NCBI GenBank assembly: GCA_021613535.1 | Contig: CP075496.1 | Location: 7,068,001-7,132,000 of the forward strand | Source of the DNA: Adineta vaga | Taxonomy: Eukaryota > Animalia > Rotifera | Reading direction: 5' to 3' | Length of the DNA: 64,000 bases | Part shown: in pieces, positions 1 to 13,728 of the stretch | Position numbering within the stretch: position 1 is the stretch's first letter | Layout: each line of letters starts with the position of its first letter | Notes under the pieces: generated by a model | The model's input: only the letters and a program-made list of their open reading frames with translations | Told to the model about the DNA's origin: nothing | Databases searched by the model: none | Position numbers and translations under genes: made by a program

Positions 1-796
1 TCAATGGATGTACATTTCAAATGAATGATGATTATTCAATAATAAATGCTGGTTGTCATCTACATCCAATATCTCATCAATCTTCAATGATTACCAACAA
101 TCAACAATCATCGCAAGATAATAATGCTTATGAAATAACAGAATATCTTGACAATACAATCGTTGATGATCAACAATATGACAATGATGAAGATGAAGAA
201 GAAATTGTTCCTGAAAAGGATCGTGTACCTATTGGTACACGTGTAGTCCTACGGAATGATAATACAGAACGAAAAATAGGTCGAGTTATGAGTAATGAAA
301 TTAATTTTCATTATGCTGTTGATTTTGGTGATGGATGTTATAGTCATGATATGTATGTCTTAAGTTCAACTTTTGTTTACATGTATTAAGATTTTTTATT
401 CTTTCTTTTAGGCTTGCCGAAGATATTCTTGATTTTGATCCAACTATTGAACCATTAACACTTGTTATTGGAGCAACTATTCGTATTAAATGGACGGATG
501 ATACAATTTATTCATGTAAATATGTTGGTCGTAAACGTGTTCTTTTGTATCATATAAAATTCGATCATGAAACACGACAAATGCATCGAAGTGAATTTTC
601 ATTTGATATTCAACCACCGCCATCACCACCATTAACACCATGTGAAATTGATCGTGAACATAATTATAGTCGACGACAACCATTATCTACAGGAACAAAA
701 CGAAAACAACAAAAACAAATCAAACGTAAACGACGTCGTTTGCTTTTGTCTTCATCGTCGTCTACTTCCTCATCATTATTGTTAGATGAATCTTAA
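1..796 (+). CDS. 3' end of KDM4/JMJD2-like protein (C-terminal hybrid double Tudor domain), 5'-truncated by the window edge
   Basis: Exons <1-352 and 411-796 (intron GT 353..AG 410) splice to FHYAVDFGDGCYSHDM-LAEDILDFD...GATIRIKWTDDTIYSCKYVG...YHIKFD. This matches the KDM4 Tudor pattern (Y.V.FDDGSFS..L.PEDI...V.V.W.DG..Y). A basic NLS-like tail follows. The JmjC domain is not in the window. Confidence 0.72.
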
Positions 797-2058
797 ATTA
801 GTAAATTTAGATTGTTTTTCTATTGTATATGATGTTTGATACTCGTTTTGATGTCTTATGAAATGCATATTTGTCACCATAGAAATTCTCGTATTATGTT
901 TCTTTTTTTTACATTTATTTGTCGGATACCGGTGGTATGTATGTATGTTATTATCTTTGTTTGATATTCTAGTTCTTGTGTACTTGTATTTGTTTATTTT
1001 CATGTTTTGTCAGATTATTTCTTCTATTGAAACAAATGAAGAAAGAATTATTTTATAAAATGCTTTTCGCTGTAGAGAAAATAGATAATAGACACTTGAT
1101 AGTTGTTCAGAATAGCATATGATGTTTGTTACGTATGATGTGAAGTCCAGCTGTGTAACAATGATTTATTTATACACACTATGATCGATCGGAAATGACT
1201 AACAAGGAAACTAATGAGTACTTTTTTGAACTTTCTTATGTCTATTTATTATATCACAAGAATCGTAAAAATAAAGATAAGATTGATTTTGATAGAAAAT
1301 GAATGAATAAAATTGAATTAGAAAGTTCATGCATAGAATTCATACATATAAGTTAAATCATTTGAATTCTCGATGGAATGCTTAATTTTAAGTTAATGTT
1401 TTTTTTCCTCTTAATGCTTCATTTAATCATTGCACCAAGAATAATCTTGATATTAAAATAGAATTGTTATTTAATTCTCATTACGTATCTTGTTCAATTT
1501 CATATTTCATCATGATGAAAAGTCTATCATGAAATGGAAGAAGGAAAAAAGATAATTATGAAAGGAAATACATAGTTGGTCATTTGACGTCTAGACGTAG
1601 ACATTGATCTTCCTCCTTCTTCTTCTTCTTCTTCTTTTTAAACATGATCAGATGAGAAAAGTATATTTTACCTTTAAGTAATAGAACTGAAATTCTGTTC
1701 TCCCAAAAAAAGAAAGACAGTGGGACTTAGATATCTAGGATACTTCTTCGGTTAAATGTCATCAATTGTCTATTCTAGAAAATTGAATTGATTCTCTTGA
1801 CAATGAAAGACAAACAGTATATTATGACAAAGGAAGCATTAGGGCATCAGCTCGCCGCCATTGTTCTCTCAGTGAACAAATGGTTCATTGATGTGATGCG
1901 ATGTCTTTTGCTCATCGCGTGTATGTGTGCGGATAAGAGGCGGGCAGCTGACTGGTTTATTTCACTGTCGACATGTGTCAGCCTCTATGTATGATTAGGA
2001 AACATCATTATCATTCTCGATTAAATGTTCGCTAGATTTCCTGTACAACGAAAGACTG

Positions 2059-2083
2059 TATATATATATATATATATATATAT
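2059..2083. repeat. (TA)n microsatellite
   Basis: Perfect TA run of about 12 units. Confidence 0.9.
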
Positions 2084-2548
2084 TGATGTTTTTATTTATT
2101 TCAAATACGCAGATGGTACATATCGCCTCTTCATCGATGTCGAAATTTTCTCACCTAAAACTTATTTGGATGATTGATTATATTAAACACATAATTTTTT
2201 TTGACACTTGTTGAGCGCAATGAATATTTGAATGAAACCAATCATTCGAAATGGACTCATTGGATTTCTTCGTATTCTTTATTCTGAATGATAAAGTGTG
2301 TATGATGTGCAAATAAGCGCATCAAGATGAACATCAATTGTAAGCAAACGAAAAGATGGAGATAATTGCGAATTGAATAAATTAATTGTTATCAAAAAAT
2401 CTTTTCATAACAGATTATCGAAGAATAACAAGAAGCATTATCTCGAAAAGAGAAGAAAACCGTTGTATTCTTTGTAAAATTTAGTAAACAAAAAAAAATA
2501 ACAAATAACATTCAATACTTTCTACATCACTCTCAGATATATGACATA

Positions 2549-4434
2549 TTAAAGCCAAGAAAAATCTATTTGAGCTAGCTGTTTCAATTGTTGATTACAA
2601 GTTGCATACAAATGTTTCAATTTATTTCTTGTTTGTTCGGAAATCGTTGGATGTTGTCGACCTTTCGATGATCCTAAACATCCATTCGGTTGTCGTATAC
2701 AAGGAAATCCACGTTTTTCCATGTTAAAATAGAAATCTTCTTGACGAATATGATTTGATATATTTAAAAATGTTTGTACAGATTCTAATTCTTTCCACGG
2801 TCGATGAATAAGATTTTCTCCATCGACAAAATGTATTCTTTCTAATGGAAAATATTTCAACCATCGACGAAGATAAATCGCATAACAACCGATTTTAATC
2901 GGTGTCCATTGAGTGGAATTTTTCATCGATATAAATTCATCAAATGTTGGATAGAATTCATGTCGATTTTTAATTTGAACATAATCACTAATTGCTCGAA
3001 TAATTGGATCACGTAGAATTAAAATTACTTTTACTTCAGGTAGGTAATGTGCTAGACGTTTTGGAGTATGTCTATCTATGAAATAATGTGGCGTTTTTTC
3101 TATAGTTACATATTGATTTCCATTTGCTATTGGCATTTGATTTCTAAAATAAGAAAGAAACGAAAGTCATTAATCATTCGACATTTTTCTTCTTTCTCAA
3201 GGTGTAATCGTTCAATTATACGATTATGATCATGGCATGTATTTGGACATGATAAATGAGAACATACACACATACAGAAGCAACAGTATGTTAGGATTAG
3301 ACGTCATACTGTGATGATGATAAGATAAAAAACAAGGAAGTGAACGGGAATGTTTCTTCCATGCATCGGTACACCTTTTGGTCTCTCTGATCGATTTCAC
3401 TATCGACCTCCTGTTGTGAACAGTCAATAAGAATGATTTTGCCCAATTTCTTTCCCTTTCTTTTTCAAAGAAAGAAAGAATTCTTTTGAGAATTATACAA
3501 TTACAATTGAAGAAGAAAAACACTACCTGCAGTGACGTGTTCGAGCGATATACGACATTATCTTCTCCTTTAAATCGATATCTATATTATTCAAGTTCAA
3601 TGCTTCGATGTTTCGTGCAGATTGATCTTCTTTCTTTCCTCCCCTCCCCCCTCTATTTTCCGATCGAATGCATTTTCGGATTTTATTTTTCAATTAAAAT
3701 TTGCCGCCCACCTGATGTGATCAAAAAAGAGCACATCTGCACAAGCTATTTTACATAAAGCTCTATTTTTTTACTCGCGTGCCATATCGATTTTTTATAT
3801 TTCAGTCTATATGTTATAAATAGAACTTGCCCGTAGGGAAGTTTCGATTACATAGGATTGAACACGCGAAAGAAATGCTATTTTCAAAAACGAGACGATA
3901 TGTACGCTGTACAGAAACAAATTAGAAGGAGAAAAAAATCGATTTCATGCAAGGAATGTTCAGCAGTAAATTATTGATGTTCGTTGTCACTGTCATTCTT
4001 GCTCTCTAATGATAGAGATCATTATACATGCTTGACTAGACTCACTCGTCTCATCACTACGCATGCGCATGTGTGCACTTGAAAGAGTAAATGCGCTCGT
4101 CTGAACTCTTGAGACTATGACTTTAATCTATCTGTTGTTTTAACTAATAATCCAGATTAAAATTAGAAATACAAAAGACGAAGAAAATCGAAACATACCG
4201 ATACCAATCGAGACCAAGTCGAAAATTGTTTGGTGTATCAAAAAAATGGATTTCTCTTGATGATGCAGCAATTGCTGGATGTACAGAAAGGAATTTTAGT
4301 AAAGCGCGTGTTCCACACTTTTTCACACCAATAATAATAGCTTGTGGAAGATGTTTCGTATTTGTTACTTCGGATGGTGACGATGAAGATATGATTGTTG
4401 ATAAAATACAAACAATTATGGGTACTAAGATCAT
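2549..4434 (-). CDS. HS3ST: Heparan sulfate glucosamine 3-O-sulfotransferase (HS3ST1/5-like)
   Basis: Exons 4434-4199 and 3143-2549. N-terminal signal/anchor, [18 protein letters not shown] (5'-PSB), EIHFFD, GLDWYR|[22 protein letters not shown] (3'-PB), [11 protein letters not shown]. Confidence 0.95.
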
Positions 4435-4600
4435 TCCATTACGTCAATTGAAACAGACAAGACAACACTTGACCGACATGCAAACGATTCGTTGACTAGC
4501 AACTAGTTAATTGATCATCGACAAGACACTATGATTACATATATACATTGTGATCCTCTTTTTCTCCGGAAGAGAAGAAAAATAAAGGAAGAGAGAATAA

Positions 4601-4618
4601 GAGAGAGAGAGAGAGAGA
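4601..4618. repeat. (GA)n microsatellite upstream of HS3ST
   Basis: GA x9, about 170 bp upstream of the HS3ST ATG. Confidence 0.85.
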
Positions 4619-6307
4619 ACAAGAAACGAAGTCGTTCCTCTTTTTTTTCTCTTCTCTCTTCTGCTTCTCAATGAAGAGTTCATACGTTTTATTTGCTATT
4701 GTGCTTCATCGCACTATTTCATTCTCTTTATATTATTGATTGAACGTGTGTTTGTATGGCAAGCGAGTGTCAAATACGAAACGGATCAAAGTACCCTTGA
4801 TTTCGTCTCTGAACAAACAATGAGTATATACATTCAATGAGAAGATTTCTAATCCCACCCATCGTCTTCATTTGCTTGAGGTGATATTCAGATGTGATAT
4901 CATATTGAATCTAATCGCTCGCTCGAGTGCATCAACAAAAAAAGTAAATCATTTCATAGTCATTTAGACGACTATTTGACTTGATATATATCGCAAAAGA
5001 GAAAGACAAGAACAAGAAGTTTTGACAGATATATGATGCAACAAAATGCACACGGGGGAGCGAGAATGTTTATCGATAATACATGTATATGGGACCAATT
5101 AGCTGTGCATGTGTGCAAGCAACAAAGAAAAAAAATCTAAACTATTGATGACGATGATAGACACACGTGTGCCTATTTGTTTATCGTTGTAGTTCATCAA
5201 CTGAAACAATCGTGTTATGTTAACACTTTTGATTTTTGATGCAACCTTAGGTTATGTATGATATTTGAACGTACAAAAGAATTCGAAAACTCATTAGAGA
5301 TATCGTTTTAAACCATGTTTAGATAATCAATGGATGTAAATTTGATATCATCTTTAAGCAAACTATTTCTCACCATGTAGTCAAAAGAATTCTATTGTTT
5401 GTATTGATTTCCTATTTTGATAAAGATGTGAAAGAAAAGTAAATAATAGAAGTCGTCAGAGAAACAAGAATTTTGTTCTCATATGTCAATTATTCTAAAT
5501 ATTGATCTTGTCATTTTCGATTTCAATCGATTATAGAACTTTTTTTTGTAATACGAAAATACATCTATATACTCGCATTATAAAGATACTATTCGATAGA
5601 GGACGCTTCGATACTCTTGTATTACGAAAGGATATCAATTCCTGACAATATATATTGCATCAATTTCTGATAAACATCTACAGTTAGTTTTTCTTATCTT
5701 ATTTTGTGATTGGATATTCTCTTGATTCTGTTGATATGTAACTATTTTCAATAAAATGACGTCATTTTTATGGTATTCATATGACAACGGAATATTCGTT
5801 GATATAAGTCATAAACTTAGGAATCTTTCCTAATATTCGTGAGCAACAATTGCAGAACATTTTTTTCTACCCTGTCAAGGTATTCTATCAGTCAGAATTA
5901 TTCATCAAAAACATGAAATTGGAAGAAAAACCTTTTTTTCTTCTTTCTCTTTTATTTGCATTGGCAAGCTTTGTTTTTTCCTTTCTTTTTTTTGTTTCTT
6001 TTAATAGATTTCATCAGACCTTTCAAGATGAAATGACATTCGCATCATTCTCGTTCTTCTTACTATTTTTTTTTCGTCTTTTTTTTATGTATATATAACA
6101 TACAAGAGCTCGTATGTTTTTCTTATGAATCACATTCGTATTCTTTAGTGTTTTCATTCTACGTCGATTATTTTTAATCTTGAATTTGTCGATTTTCTTG
6201 GCCTTGGAAAATGAAACGATCTTTCCGAAGTTTTCGAAATAGATTAAATCGAATTCGATTACCGACCGTTTCCTTTGGACGTAGTATAAGTACTTTTTCA
6301 AGTTCGA

Positions 6308-8132
6308 ATGACTACAGTTTATCCAAGAGTTACATCGGTATATAAAATTTTATCAGTATCATATATATTTATATATATATATATAACCTTCTTTTTGTCT
6401 AGAATCCACGAAATTACTCTGAAGAAGAAGATGACGATGATGCTCTATTCGAATCAACATCTGATGAGTACGAATTATTTAGAAGAAAAATAAATAAATC
6501 TTGTTTTTCTTTTGTATCGATAGACTTTCTACAGTTGATAATCGACGAGGCTCAATTACCTTTATTCCATGTCAGTTTTGTCATGCGCATCAGCCTATTG
6601 CTGATTTAGAACATCATCAGGTATGCTTATGTAATGAATGTATGTATCACTTTTTTAAAAGTTAGTAGCCTTGATCTGATGAAAGATTAACTAGAGTGAT
6701 TCATTTCCTTCCTTTAAAGTATTTATCTATCCCAGAGAAATGGTATCCGATTACATGCGTTGCAGGTAACCTTTCCAAACTAGAGAAGCAATCGATTGTA
6801 AGTTAAATAGAACAATTGTTATAGAATGATCAGATGATTCTTTATCAGTACCGTTATCTACATAGCTTTTATGTGATGATCGATTACTTTTTTTCTATTC
6901 AAAAGTGGAGTTTTAAAGAATGTATCGTCTTTCGATAGTCGGTTTCATAGAATAACTTATTTTAATTTTACTTTCCTTTCGCATTGAACTAGCTTGTATG
7001 CTCTCGAAATACTCGTCGCCAACGCATTAGACATGTATCACCACGTACAATGCCACCTGAACAACGTCGTCGTGTTGTTTCTGATAATGTGGTACCAGGA
7101 CCAAGTGCTCCGGTTCGTGCACGAACACCATCACCCACTGAAGATTTTCCACCACCAGAAAATCTTATATGTCCAATAACACGTGAACTCTTTCGTGATC
7201 CAGTTCTTGCTACCGATAGTTATACCTACGAAAGAAGTGCTATTGAAAACTGGTTACGAACGACAGCAACCAGTCCAACAACACGTGCACCATTATCGAA
7301 GGATCGTCTTGTTTTAAATTTGGTGGTAAAAAATATGGTTGATGATTTTCGTGCTGAATGTCGACGTCGATCACTTTATAAATATCGACTTGATGTTGAT
7401 GTAAAGAAAACTGAAGTAACACCATATATGAAAACCAAAACGAAATCCATTTATCGTGCAAAATGGACGACAAAAGATTCATCAGCAACTGATTCAAGCA
7501 TTGTTCTTACTCATCTAACTGATGATAAAGCAGAGAAAATCGCTAATTTACATAATAAACCTGGTATACATCCTAATATCATTCGCGTATTAGGCCGAGT
7601 CGAACATCCAGATGCAGGCATTTTATTTCTTCAAGAATCTCCATCAGCAGAAACACTTTCTCATGTAATGAAAAACAATCCTCAAAAACTTTCTTTAAAA
7701 ACTCGAGATATGATACTTTATCAAATTCTCTCGGCTCTTCAATATCTAACCAATGAAAATTGTATGTATGGACATATTACAGCTGATCATGTTTTTGTCT
7801 ATCAACTGAATGAATTACCTGAGAATACATTAGTAAAATTAAGTACGTTTGATAATACGGAAGAATTAATCAAACGTATTCCACCTGAATTCGTATCAAA
7901 AGATAATTATTCGGAAAAATCACATGTTTATGCATTTGGTTTACTCGCCCAAGAACTTTATTCATTAGAATTAGAAAGTGATGATGTAGATTTAACGACA
8001 AGACAAACTCTATATGAAAGCTGCTTAGTTGCAGATCCAAAGGATCGACCAACATTTCTTAAATTGAAAAATCTTTTTCATAATTTGATTGGACGCAATG
8101 AAGAATTTCTTCAATCCTCATCATCCGAATGA
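6308..8132 (+). CDS. C2HC zinc finger + U-box + degenerate protein-kinase-like domain protein
   Basis: Exons 6308-6337, 6403-6467, 6524-6620 and 6993-8132 join in frame with GT-AG introns. Exons 3-4 give IPCQFCHAHQPIADLEHHQ|LVC. U-box: LICPITRELFRDPVLATDSYTYERSAIENWL...SPTTRAPL. Kinase fold: HPNIIRVLG, YQILSALQYL, PPE, SEKSHVYAFG, CL..DPKDRPTF. Confidence 0.85.
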
Positions 8133-8721
8133 TTTGTTATTTTTTTATCAATAAAATTGAATATTTATCAAAAAAAATTCACATATATGTTTAGATTGAC
8201 TTATGTAGTACAAGAATAGTTCATTCAAACAACTTTTCGATATATCCATTCTGACAACCAAATGATAATATCTCGTCTTCTTCTTCTTCTTCTTCTTCTA
8301 AGAATTTACAATATTACTGATCAATTTTTTTCGTGAAATGATGTGTATATATACCGAAGACTTACATAGACATGTTTAAGTTATATTTGAAATCTAAGAT
8401 GATATAATATTGATCAATATGAATCTACATGTCAATATTGATAATCAAGAAAGTAAAGTACTAATAAAAGAACTCTCCACATATGTAAAGGTTAATTATG
8501 ACTTCGGTTATAAAAACATATTAAAATCGAGAGAAGAAGCTCAATGAAATGTCGTTAATTATATTTGTTTTAACGAATACTTTTAAAAACGATTGTTATA
8601 ACAAGTCATCATTACATACATATCAGATTATTATTCATTGAATTATTAACTATTAGTTAAAAGTTATTTAATTCATTTATTTGAATAGTTTCATTCGTTC
8701 AATTAAAAAGAAAATTACAAA

Positions 8722-10055
8722 TTAACTTTCAACATCGAAATAACCTTGAATAGCCCAATGAGTCGATGGAAAGGTCATATTAGAAGTTTTAATATGTTGA
8801 ATACCTTCAAATTCCATATGAACTGGTTTGAATTTATCCATCATTGATGTTAATGATCGAAAGAAAAGTCGATCACAACGTTGAGGTTTTTCACGACTAG
8901 ATATATTCGAATTCAATTCTGGATCATAAGTATAGGTTGTTTCCGGTAGTTGACCTGTCATTTGCCAAATATCGACAAGATTACATGATTCAAAAAGATC
9001 AACATTATTCAATATCTATTCATTACAAATTTGAATTTATATATAGTAAAACGAATGAAGACCATCGACAATAACTTACTTTACTACTGATAGCAGATAG
9101 AATAAGATGATTGGTGGTATTTTGATTGATTTGTTCGAAACAGAATAATGATGTATTTTCATCAATAACAGCATTGAATAAATCTAGTTGAATGGAATCT
9201 TTATATTCAGTCTATACAGAGAAATCTTCAATAGAAAAGCAATGAATATGTATCTCTTCAATTTTACTTCAACTTTCAACATATTCCAATTATTTTCATT
9301 AGTAATAATTGATACTTTCGTCTTTTTCATCGTTGATTTTCGTGTAAATATTGACACATAATTCGAATTATTTGATGAATCTAAAAATACATCTTATTAT
9401 TCTTTCAAGATTTGATTTGTACAAACCAATTTGAATAGATTCATCGTCATATAGTGCCGAAAGACATGTAATTATTAATGTTAATGCAAATGTTCCAATT
9501 TCTTGTAAAAGAATGACATCTGGTTTTTCTCTAAAATTATTAATTTGAATGAGACTTTTTCTTTGTATCTTTTCGTTTTACCGAAGAAAGATTTCAATCA
9601 TTGTTTCTGTTCTTTGTTCGATTAATTCATTCAATTCTTCATCATCAGTATCGGTAGTATCCGTATTCCATGATATAATTTTGAAATATTTATCACCGAT
9701 CTTTTTCCAGTCTTTTCTAGGAAACACACACGAGAATATTGAAAATACAAACATCTTCTTTTTACTTTGAATTCAGAATCGATTCTGCATGTTCTTTAGC
9801 TTCGTATGTTGCTCGTAATGCTTGATCAATATTCCATCCATGATCTTTAAGTAATTGAACAGCAAATTCAGCTTCAATACCTGTTGCTTTAGCAAATGCC
9901 GAGCTTAATTTTGCACAAATTTCTGCATTAAATGGACAGTCATCAGATGAATCACTTGTAGAACTTGATAATGATTGATCATTGGTATGATCAGATAAAT
10001 TTTCATTATTTCCATCATCTTTTGTTTGAAAATCATCGAGTGAAATTGATGTCAT
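8722..10055 (-). CDS. TDP2-like protein (UBA-like + EEP fold), catalytic motifs degenerate
   Basis: Multi-exon. UBA-like FAKATGIEAEFAVQLLKDHGWNIDQAL; EEP motifs IISWNTD, REKPDVILLQEI, DIWQMTG..TYTYD, RCDRLFFR and FPSTHWAI. Paralogous to 40058-41503. Confidence 0.85.
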
Positions 10056-10277
10056 TGTTCTTCGTTTGAATATTCGATCAAATGGATAAAAATAATATAT
10101 ATATATATCACGTGTACGTGTTACTGTATATCTTTTCTTTTCTTCTTCAGTCTCTCATGTGTTCAGAGGTCACTGTAGGCACTATGTTAGAGATTCGATA
10201 TCTTTATAAATAAATGTATGTTTTTTTTTCTTTCTACATTTTAAACGAAAGACAAATTGAAAGGAAAGGGATTTTGT

Positions 10278-11406
10278 TTAATCGATAGTTGAACTAACAG
10301 ACATTTTTCGTTCAGAAGTTTCTTTGGAAGATTGATAACGCCAAATAATAATGATTATTGATATGACAATAAGCAGACAAACACCTCCACCGGCTAAAAC
10401 AATCGTTTTATTCTTCTCCCAAAATGTTTTTTTTTGAGAAGCCATTGCAGAAGCATTGGAATTTTGTTGGAAATTATTATGTGCTGAATTGGAACTTTGT
10501 TTGATAACATTATCGAGAAATTTATTAAATTCATTCCTTCTATCTGAATTCGTCAATTTGAACATAGTCTTTCCATAATAACAAACAAAATTGCTTACTG
10601 AAAGTAAAAAAAACAATCGTATGATTATCAATCACTCGCTTTTCAAAGAAACGTACACGGTAGTTTAGAATTTTTCGATAGCTTTTGAACACTCATTATC
10701 AACTACGAAATTAGAACGACATTTTGCTGCATCAGGTGCTTCGATCCATATATACGGCATCAATTTATTAATACTTGAGTTAATTTTGATAGAATCACCG
10801 ACCAATACGAGTTCCTGTTCATTTGTAGGTTTTTTTAATAAATCAAATGTCTTATAATCTAATGAATACATATACAATAAGGCAGTGAATCAGATTGCAT
10901 ATGATCTATATGTGATAATATCAAAGATGGTGATGCGAGAAAAGACTTTTTATACACGTTTTTTTTCCCTCTCTATTGAAAACGGCTGGATATCTGTTTT
11001 TATTGATAGATTATTATTATTTCTCAGCTTATTTTCATTTTATTGAAAAGATTTTTAATTCAAATTTGAAAAAAGTTTATTTGTTTGATTCACAAATGAT
11101 CTTACCGTTGCCAATGAGAATGTGTAGGTCAGACGGCCATGTTGTATATTGTTTATTACTAGTTTTTATTGTCCAAGTAGGTGTTAATTGATTACTTTTA
11201 CATTTGTAGGCTATTTGAACATTGATTTGTCGCCATGTATTATTGAAACAATGCATTTTATTTGGTTCAAATGTATTCAAATAAAGATGTTTTTCTTTTA
11301 AACATTGTTCAACTATAGCAGCATTTTTAATATAAAACGAATGAATTTGCAATATCAACGATGATAATGGAAGAAGACGAATAATAATAATATGATAGTA
11401 AGTCAT
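10278..11406 (-). CDS. Divergent C-type-lectin-like single-pass membrane protein (apparent 1-nt frameshift near 10670)
   Basis: Signal-like N-terminus (MTYYHIIIIRLLPLSSLILQIHS), HCF...TW....YKC, YIWIE, NFVCY, TM segment IVLAGGGVCLLIVISIIIIIW and a short tail. Exon 2 hits TAA at 10667-10665 just before the likely donor. Confidence 0.5.
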
Positions 11407-11758
11407 ATTTTGTATACTACTATTCAAATTAGAAAGTAATTCAGCGCTAAATAGTTTTCTCCCTAGAAAACAGAACCTATATCATTTGAACCTACCAGAA
11501 TTCAAATTCACGAAAAAAACTTCATCTGTTTAGAAATGCAATCTATTTTCAGGATTAAAGTTTTGATTTTATAAAATGAATCTATCTTAGAAATGAATGC
11601 TCATTCTCAATTCATTTTGTTGCAACATCGCGACTTCAATATATAGCAATGGAAGAAGATTTATTTGGCGCTTTTCATTCATTCTTATCTTTCATCTTAA
11701 ACAATCATCTGTTCGTTCAAAATATTCAGTTTCTCTACGTTATCATCTAACTAAAACT

Positions 11759-13269
11759 ATGTTTCAAAATATTCTATTTCTTCTTTTATTTATTATTCAA
11801 TTCCCACATCATGCAGGTAAATAAATATATCTAATGGATTGTTATTTTTGTTTATAATTGTTTAAAATTGAACTTAGCTAACAGTTATGGTAAATCTTGT
11901 AATAGTGATAGTTCTTGTGATGCACATCAAAAATGTCTCAGTGCTATTTGTCGTTGTAATCAGCAAGAACGACGATTTTGGACAGGTGAATTCATTCGCA
12001 AATGACTATTTCCTTTTGTTTCATGATTTGAATTTAGGCGAGACATGTGCTATATGTGCGAAAGACTATAGTTTTACATGTAAGTCTATAATGATGAAAT
12101 GAAATCTATCTAATATGACTGATAGCTAAGTGTTTTTCTGTTATTCAGTTGATCGATGTTATAAATATTTTAATGATTTGAAAACATGGTCAGCAGCTAG
12201 AGCATATTGTCGTTCACGATATGCAGATTTATTCACGTGGCGTGATAATCATGATGAACAATTCATTCGACCCGTTATGCACCATTGGATCATTTCAAAT
12301 TCTGTTGCATGGGCACATATTTGGCATGCACTCTATGGTGTATCAGTTGGACAACATTATGTGGCATGGTCAGGAGCTACTGTGACTTCATTGAATCGTA
12401 AGTCAACCAATAGATATATATATATATATCATGGTTGTTTAGTACTGTGTAGTATTTTAATGTCAACTTAATATATGATATAGAAATGTTTCCTTTTTGA
12501 TGTTTACTGTTACTCATTTATAGCATTTACTACAAAATGGACTGATCCAAAAGGAATGAAATTAGACTTAACTAGTGCACAATGGTGTGATCCAACGAAA
12601 CATGCAGCTTATACTTTGACAAAAGAACCGACTAGAGGAAATAAAAAAGGTAAACTAAAATATATGGAATAATGTTTATATGAGATCATTCGTTGAATTA
12701 TCATATGCAGTTGCAAATGGGACTGAAAATGAAGAATGTGTAACATACAATTTTGGTACACCGTCAATGAATTTACTTTGTTTAGCCGATGATTATTGTA
12801 GTCAAAAATATCCATTTATTTGCGAAATGAACGATGCTAGTATGAAGTTAGCTGTAGAAACACATTATGGTTTGTTTACAACGATTTTGTTCAGAATTTT
12901 AATTGTATCAGTTTACTGCTTTTCATTAGGCGACAATGGAAGTCCATTAGCAGGAACCAATAACGGTGGTAATGGTGATAGTGAAATCTACTTACCACCA
13001 ATCGAATCAGAATACAATCTGCAAGATAATAAATCCCCATCGGCCGTATGTTATTGAAACTGGGATTTAATTTTTTATTAAAACATTTTTTATTTCTACA
13101 GCTAAGTGAAAAGTCTGGTACGCTATCAAATACAAATGTGTTGATATTTATTGGTTTAGGAGTACTTCTTGTTGTTGGAGCTATTGCTGGATATATTGTT
13201 ATACGAAAGAAACAAGCAGGAACAGGTCGTGATCGTGGTGGACGTGGAGGTGTCCCAAGGCAGACCTAG
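11759..13269 (+). CDS. Type I membrane protein: Cys-rich (EB/EGF-like) module + C-type lectin domain + TM
   Basis: Signal MFQNILFLLLFIIQF; SYGKSCNSDSSCD..KCLSAICRC...FWTGETCAIC; CTLD DRCYKYF...TWSAARAYC....ADL, AWSGA, WCD, EECV, C.QKYPFICE; TM VLIFIGLGVLLVVGAIAGYIVI; about 8 exons. Confidence 0.85.
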
Positions 13270-13728
13270 TTTTGCTAGTTCAGTTGGAAGTATGGTGGAT
13301 GAATAAGAAGAAAAACAGTCTTCAAATTTACTTAAAATATTCACATTGATTCTATTTCATTTTATTCTCAACTTAGTTTAATCAGTTTCAAAGTATTGAA
13401 TAAATTCAATTCTCGTTTCTTACACATCGTATGTGAATGCTCTTCGAGAGAAGAGTTTAAGATAAAATACTATGATGATCATAGTTTGCATTGAAAACCA
13501 GTCATAGTTAGAAAAAAAAGGTTTATAGACATGAACCTATATTAGAACGATTTGGATTCCTAATGATGAATTTTATCAAACGATTATAAATAAAACATTA
13601 CTTTCGTATTAACAAGAACTTTAAAAAATCGATTTATTTTACAAGTGATTCATTAATAATAATAATAATAATAAAACTAGCTAAGAAATCTATGTATCTA
13701 TAAAAACAATTATTTTCTTTTATCTACA

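Noticed and set aside
486-2000. Short ORFs (486-683, 782-1003, 858-1058, 1788-1994)
   Set aside because: Antisense to the Tudor exon or low-complexity UTR/intergenic translations with no motifs or splice support.
3230-3758. ORFs inside the 1055-bp HS3ST intron as a nested gene or element
   Set aside because: No recognisable domain, terminal repeats or target-site duplication.
5543-5630. Imperfect ~16-bp inverted repeat (TTTTTGTAATACGAAA ... TCTTGTATTACGAAAG) as a MITE
   Set aside because: Several mismatches, AT-rich, single copy and no clear target-site duplication; compatible with chance.
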